Below the pieces are notes generated by a model. That model worked only from the letters and a program-made list of their open reading frames with translations. It was not told the origin of the DNA and did not search any database. Made by a program: the position numbers and the translations under genes. This document shows, in pieces, positions 33,966-37,263 of a stretch of 37,263 nt of DNA (position 1 is the first letter of the stretch; each line of letters starts with the position of its first letter). This stretch comes from Archangiaceae bacterium (GTDB taxonomy: Bacteria; Myxococcota; Myxococcia; Myxococcales; Myxococcaceae), in contig JAYVCD010000376.1 of the NCBI GenBank assembly GCA_043750125.1, positions 1 to 37,263 on the forward strand, written 5' to 3'.

Positions 33966-35660
33966 CTAGTGGCAGCCCTGGGTGGCGACCGTCGCCGTGT
34001 AGTTGCAGCTGAAGCCACCGAACGAGCAGGACGTCAGCAGCTGGCTCGACCCACCGCAGTAGGGCACGGCGACGTCGAGCCACGACGGGCCAGGGTACGC
34101 GCAGGTCACTCCCGAGCAGCCGCCCAGCGCGACGATTTCGCGATCGTCGGCGCCGCTGCAGTTGTAGTCCCACGAGCCGTTCGGCCGGGGCGTCTTGAAG
34201 AAGGCCGGCTGGCCCGGGAAGGTGTTCGCCGCGTTGTCATCGCAATCGAAGCCCTTCTGAGCCGCGCGGTGGTTGATCGGAACCGTCGAGCCGCAGCGGA
34301 AGGACGAGGTCGACGTGAAGGTGTCGTGGTCGTTGTCGAGCCAGTACTGGTTGCAGACCCCGCTGAGGCACTGCGTTCCCGTGGCGCACACCGTGCCATC
34401 GACCTTCTTCGGAGCACAGGCGTTGCCGCCACCGCCGAACGGATCCGCGGTGCAGAAAAACGTGTAGCCGCAGGCCGAGTCGTTGGTGCACGAGGTGTTG
34501 CAAGCCGTGCCGTCCCGACAGACGTAGGCGCCGTTCGAGCACGGAACCGGAGCGGGAACGTTGCAATCGTACCCGCCACTGCAGAACGTGTTGGGCGTCG
34601 AAGCAGACAGCGAGCAGGCGGCAGCGTGGCACAAGGTGGTCGAGGGTTGCATCGCGTCGGCCGGACAGGCGGCGGCGTTGCCGGTGCACTGCTCGACCTT
34701 GTCGCAAACGCCGGCGGCCGAGCGGCAGACGGTGCCGCTGGCCTTGAACTGTTCGGCCGGGCATGCCGCGCTGCCTCCGGTGCAGGCTTCGGGCAGATCG
34801 CAGACGTCAGCGACGGCGCGGCACAGCGAGCCCGCAGCGACGAACCCATCGGAGGGACACGTGGGCGCAGTGCCCGAGCAGGTCTCTTCGACGTCGCAGA
34901 CACCCGAGGCGGCGCGGCAGGTCGTGCTCGCGGGAGCCAGAGCGTCGGCCGGACACGCGGCGGTAGTGCCGGTGCACTTCTCTTCGAGGTCACAGCTGCC
35001 AGCCGAAGAGCGGCAGACGCTGGTGGAAGGGAGCATCGCGTCGGCGGCGCAGGTGGGCGTGAGGCCGTCGCACGTTTCGGCGGGGTCACAGACGCCGGTG
35101 GACGCGCGGCAGGTCACTCCGCCTGAACGCATCAGATCGCCGGGGCACGTCGCGGCGGCGCCGGTGCAGCGCTCTTCGACGTCGCAATCGCCGGCGCTGG
35201 CGCGGCAGATGACGGCCGAGAGCTTGAAGGCATCAGGCGGACACAGGTTGTTGGTGCAGACTTCGGGAAGATCGCAGGTGCCCAAAGCGCCACGACACAG
35301 CTGGGCGGCGCAGTCGGGGTCGAGGCAGTCGATGAGCCCGTCGTGATCGTTGTCGAGGCCGTCGCCGCAGATCGATTCGCCAGGGCCGGCGTCGGGGATG
35401 CCGGCGTCGATCACTCCAGCGTCCGTGCCGGCGTCGACCCCCGCGTCGACCGGCTGGGGTTCACCGGCGTCGAAGCCCGCGTCGACTTCCTCGGAACCGC
35501 CGCCCGCAGAGCCGCTGTCGTGCGGAGAGCCGCCTCCTTTTCCTGACCCGCCGCCCTTCGAACCACTGTCTTCGATGCCGGGAATGACGGCCTGACCGCA
35601 ACTTGCGATCAACGCCGTGATGCAGACCGCCAAGAATCCATGAATTGCCATGCGCTTCAT
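33966..35660 (-). CDS. Cys-rich lipoprotein with tandem disintegrin-like repeats
   Basis: ATG 35660 with AAGGA. Lipobox LIASC. DAG-repeat linker, [20 protein letters not shown] motif, seven CR....CD..E.C......C..[DE] repeats, and C-terminal DCDD...FPG...DYNC motif. Confidence 0.88.
   Translation of the reverse strand: MKRMAIHGFLAVCITALIASCGQAVIPGIEDSGSKGGGSGKGGGSPHDSGSAGGGSEEVDAGFDAGEPQPVDAGVDAGTDAGVIDAGIPDAGPGESICGDGLDNDHDGLIDCLDPDCAAQLCRGALGTCDLPEVCTNNLCPPDAFKLSAVICRASAGDCDVEERCTGAAATCPGDLMRSGGVTCRASTGVCDPAETCDGLTPTCAADAMLPSTSVCRSSAGSCDLEEKCTGTTAACPADALAPASTTCRAASGVCDVEETCSGTAPTCPSDGFVAAGSLCRAVADVCDLPEACTGGSAACPAEQFKASGTVCRSAAGVCDKVEQCTGNAAACPADAMQPSTTLCHAAACSLSASTPNTFCSGGYDCNVPAPVPCSNGAYVCRDGTACNTSCTNDSACGYTFFCTADPFGGGGNACAPKKVDGTVCATGTQCLSGVCNQYWLDNDHDTFTSTSSFRCGSTVPINHRAAQKGFDCDDNAANTFPGQPAFFKTPRPNGSWDYNCSGADDREIVALGGCSGVTCAYPGPSWLDVAVPYCGGSSQLLTSCSFGGFSCNYTATVATQGCH
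34655..35299 (-). repeat. Seven intragenic ~96-nt (32-aa) disintegrin-like repeats
   Basis: Units start [54 protein letters not shown] and CRSAAGVCD. Boundaries approximate. Confidence 0.85.
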
Positions 35661-35807
35661 TTTCGTTTTCCTTGTTGGGGTGGAGTGACGAAGGCGCACC
35701 CCTGCGCAAGGAAGACGCCCACCGAAGGTACTGAGACCAGTGGGTTGAGAAACTCACGGGTCCCGAATGCGGGACGCTCTGGCGTGCTGAATCCGCGCGG
35801 TAGAGGC

Positions 35808-36364
35808 TCAGGCCGTTTCGATCGAGGGACGAGGAAGGCCCGGCTCGTCTGCGAGCTCGAACGACTCATCGCCTCGCTGGCAGGTCTTGCTCTTCTTTGC
35901 GCTGACGATGGCGCGAAGCTCGACTTCGGTCTGCTTGTCCTTCGGGCGATTCATCGCGGCTTTCATCCGGATGAGGTGCTCGATGCTGATCACGCGCACC
36001 GCGATGCCGCCGACTTCCATGGCTTGGGCTCCAAGCAGAACCTCCTGAGGATCGTCGATCGGAGGAAGACTCCCGAGCACGTCCAGCCGGCCCAGGTCGG
36101 TGACCAGGTGAAGGTTCTTGAAGCCTGCGAGCTCTGTCGCGGTCAACTGCATCGGTCGCTTGTCGGGGGTATGGGCGTATTTCGGATGAAGGGGATTCAC
36201 CGCCTCGAGCAGGTGTTCACAATTCTCGAGCGTGAATCTCATCAACAGGTCGAGGTCGTAAGTCGCGGTCGTCGAGCCGTGAAGGACCGCCGCCGTTCCC
36301 CCTACGACCACGAACTCGACCTTGCGGCGCTCAAGACCTGCAGCAACCGAAGGTAGTCATTCAC
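35808..36364 (-). pseudogene. Nucleotidyltransferase (Pol-beta superfamily, DUF6036/AbiEii-like) with an apparent 1-nt frameshift near the 5' end
   Basis: VEFVVVGGTAAVLHG...TYDLDL and KAAMNRPKD motifs lie in one frame. The natural N-terminus GTG-NDYLRLLQVLSAA (start 36364) lies in another frame, with the junction at about 36323-36326. May be a sequencing error rather than a true pseudogene. Confidence 0.7.
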
Positions 36365-36584
36365 CGTCAATCACGCGTGCATGCCTGAGCGCCTCGTGAA
36401 ATTCGACCAGCTTCTGGAGCCGCTCCAGACGTTGCGCCGGAGTGCGCTCGAGGTTCTCGAGCAAAAGAGAGACATCGATCCCGAAGTCGATCGCTGCCTC
36501 CCAGTCGGGTCCAAACGACGGCAGCCGCTCTCGCGCCCACTGGGAAGGAAAGCCCACAGACTCGGGGTGTTCAAGCGGAGCCAT
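36357..36584 (-). CDS. Small helical protein, probable antitoxin-like partner of the nucleotidyltransferase
   Basis: 75 aa from ATG 36584. GIDVSLLLENLERTPAQRL is a motif type seen in small proteins upstream of such NTases. Its stop overlaps the NTase GTG. Confidence 0.7.
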   Translation of the reverse strand: MAPLEHPESVGFPSQWARERLPSFGPDWEAAIDFGIDVSLLLENLERTPAQRLERLQKLVEFHEALRHARVIDGE

Positions 36585-36773
36585 CGCGGCCCGAGCTTGC
36601 TTCCTTCGAGTCACGAAATCACCTGTCACTCTTCCGGCGCGGTAGTCGCCGCTGCCGTGCAACCCGCAGATCGCGCGATGTCGACCAGCGTGCAGATCGC
36701 GCGGCAGGCGCTGCTGACGGGGTAGCCGCAAGTGGCCGTCTGGCGGGCAACTGCGCTAGGAACACGGTCACTG

Positions 36774-37263
36774 ATGCATCGTTCCCTGGTCCTCATCCTC
36801 CTGATCAGCGCCTGCGGCTTCCGCCCCTCGGAAGTTCCCTCGAGCCCGCACGTCGTGGTCGGCAAAGCGACGCTCAGCGGCCGCGTGCTCGACCTGTCGG
36901 ACATCCCGGTGGCGCAGATGCGGGTGACCTGCCCCGAGAACGACGCGTCGATGGTCACCGGCGAAGACGGCAAGTGGACGCTCGAGGTCCCTTCCGACAC
37001 GTCGATTACCCTGCGCGCGGTCCCGCTCAATCCACTCAACGTCTACAAGGACGTCACCTTTGGGCCGTTGCAGCTGTCGAACCGCGCGAAGGTCGAAGAC
37101 CTCGAGCTGCTCAGCGTGCCCGGCTCGACCGTCGGCGCGCTCAACGCGATCGCCGGCTCGGATGAGGTTCGCGGTGTGCTCGCGGTGAAGGTGATTTCGG
37201 TGAACGGAAAGTGCACCCCCGATGACGGCACCATCGAGCTCGAGCAGACGAACACCGCGCGCG
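36774..37263 (+). CDS. Lipoprotein with carboxypeptidase regulatory-like domain (3' end outside window; absent from ORF track)
   Basis: My translation from ATG 36774: MHRSLVLILLISACGFRP...ATLSGRVLDLSDIPVAQMRV...TGEDGKWTLEVP. It shows lipobox LISAC and the SGRV.D...P/T..DG.W pattern, and is open to the window end. Confidence 0.85.
   Translation, partial: MHRSLVLILLISACGFRPSEVPSSPHVVVGKATLSGRVLDLSDIPVAQMRVTCPENDASMVTGEDGKWTLEVPSDTSITLRAVPLNPLNVYKDVTFGPLQLSNRAKVEDLELLSVPGSTVGALNAIAGSDEVRGVLAVKVISVNGKCTPDDGTIELEQTNTAR

Noticed and set aside
34655-35299. Periodic repeats as a CRISPR array
   Set aside because: They are degenerate, in-frame protein-coding repeats with no identical repeats or spacers and no cas genes.
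36741-36756. Possible sigma-54 promoter TGGCGGGCAACTGC before the last gene
   Set aside because: GG-to-GC spacing is 9 nt, not the required 10.

Overview
GC-rich (roughly two-thirds G+C by eye) chromosomal segment, almost certainly from a myxobacterium (Myxococcota). This is supported by a MYXO-CTERM surface protein, several Cys-rich lipoproteins with D-[AG]-G linkers and a proC-divIVA-DUF167 operon. About 35 protein-coding genes are supportable; no rRNA, tRNA, CRISPR array, integrase or transposase was seen. Housekeeping content: proC, divIVA-like, yggU, thrS, SCP2, a CaiB/BaiF CoA-transferase and an RlmI/K-like methyltransferase. The most interesting items are: (1) a two-gene cassette of a ferritin-like diiron enzyme plus a stand-alone MprF-C/DUF2156 aminoacyl-tRNA-dependent transferase, resembling the VlmB/VlmA core of azoxy biosynthesis; (2) a coupled minus-strand unit of two tandem paralogous membrane/spermidine-synthase-like fusions and a YfhO-type GT-C enzyme, followed by an orphan Flp pilin; (3) an amidohydrolase that has lost most of its metal ligands; (4) a nucleotidyltransferase of a TA-like pair with a 1-nt frameshift near its 5' end; (5) a long stem-loop just upstream of the thrS RBS; (6) a 51-aa membrane protein and a window-end lipoprotein that the ORF track does not show as such. 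All family assignments come from reading motifs, not from database searches.
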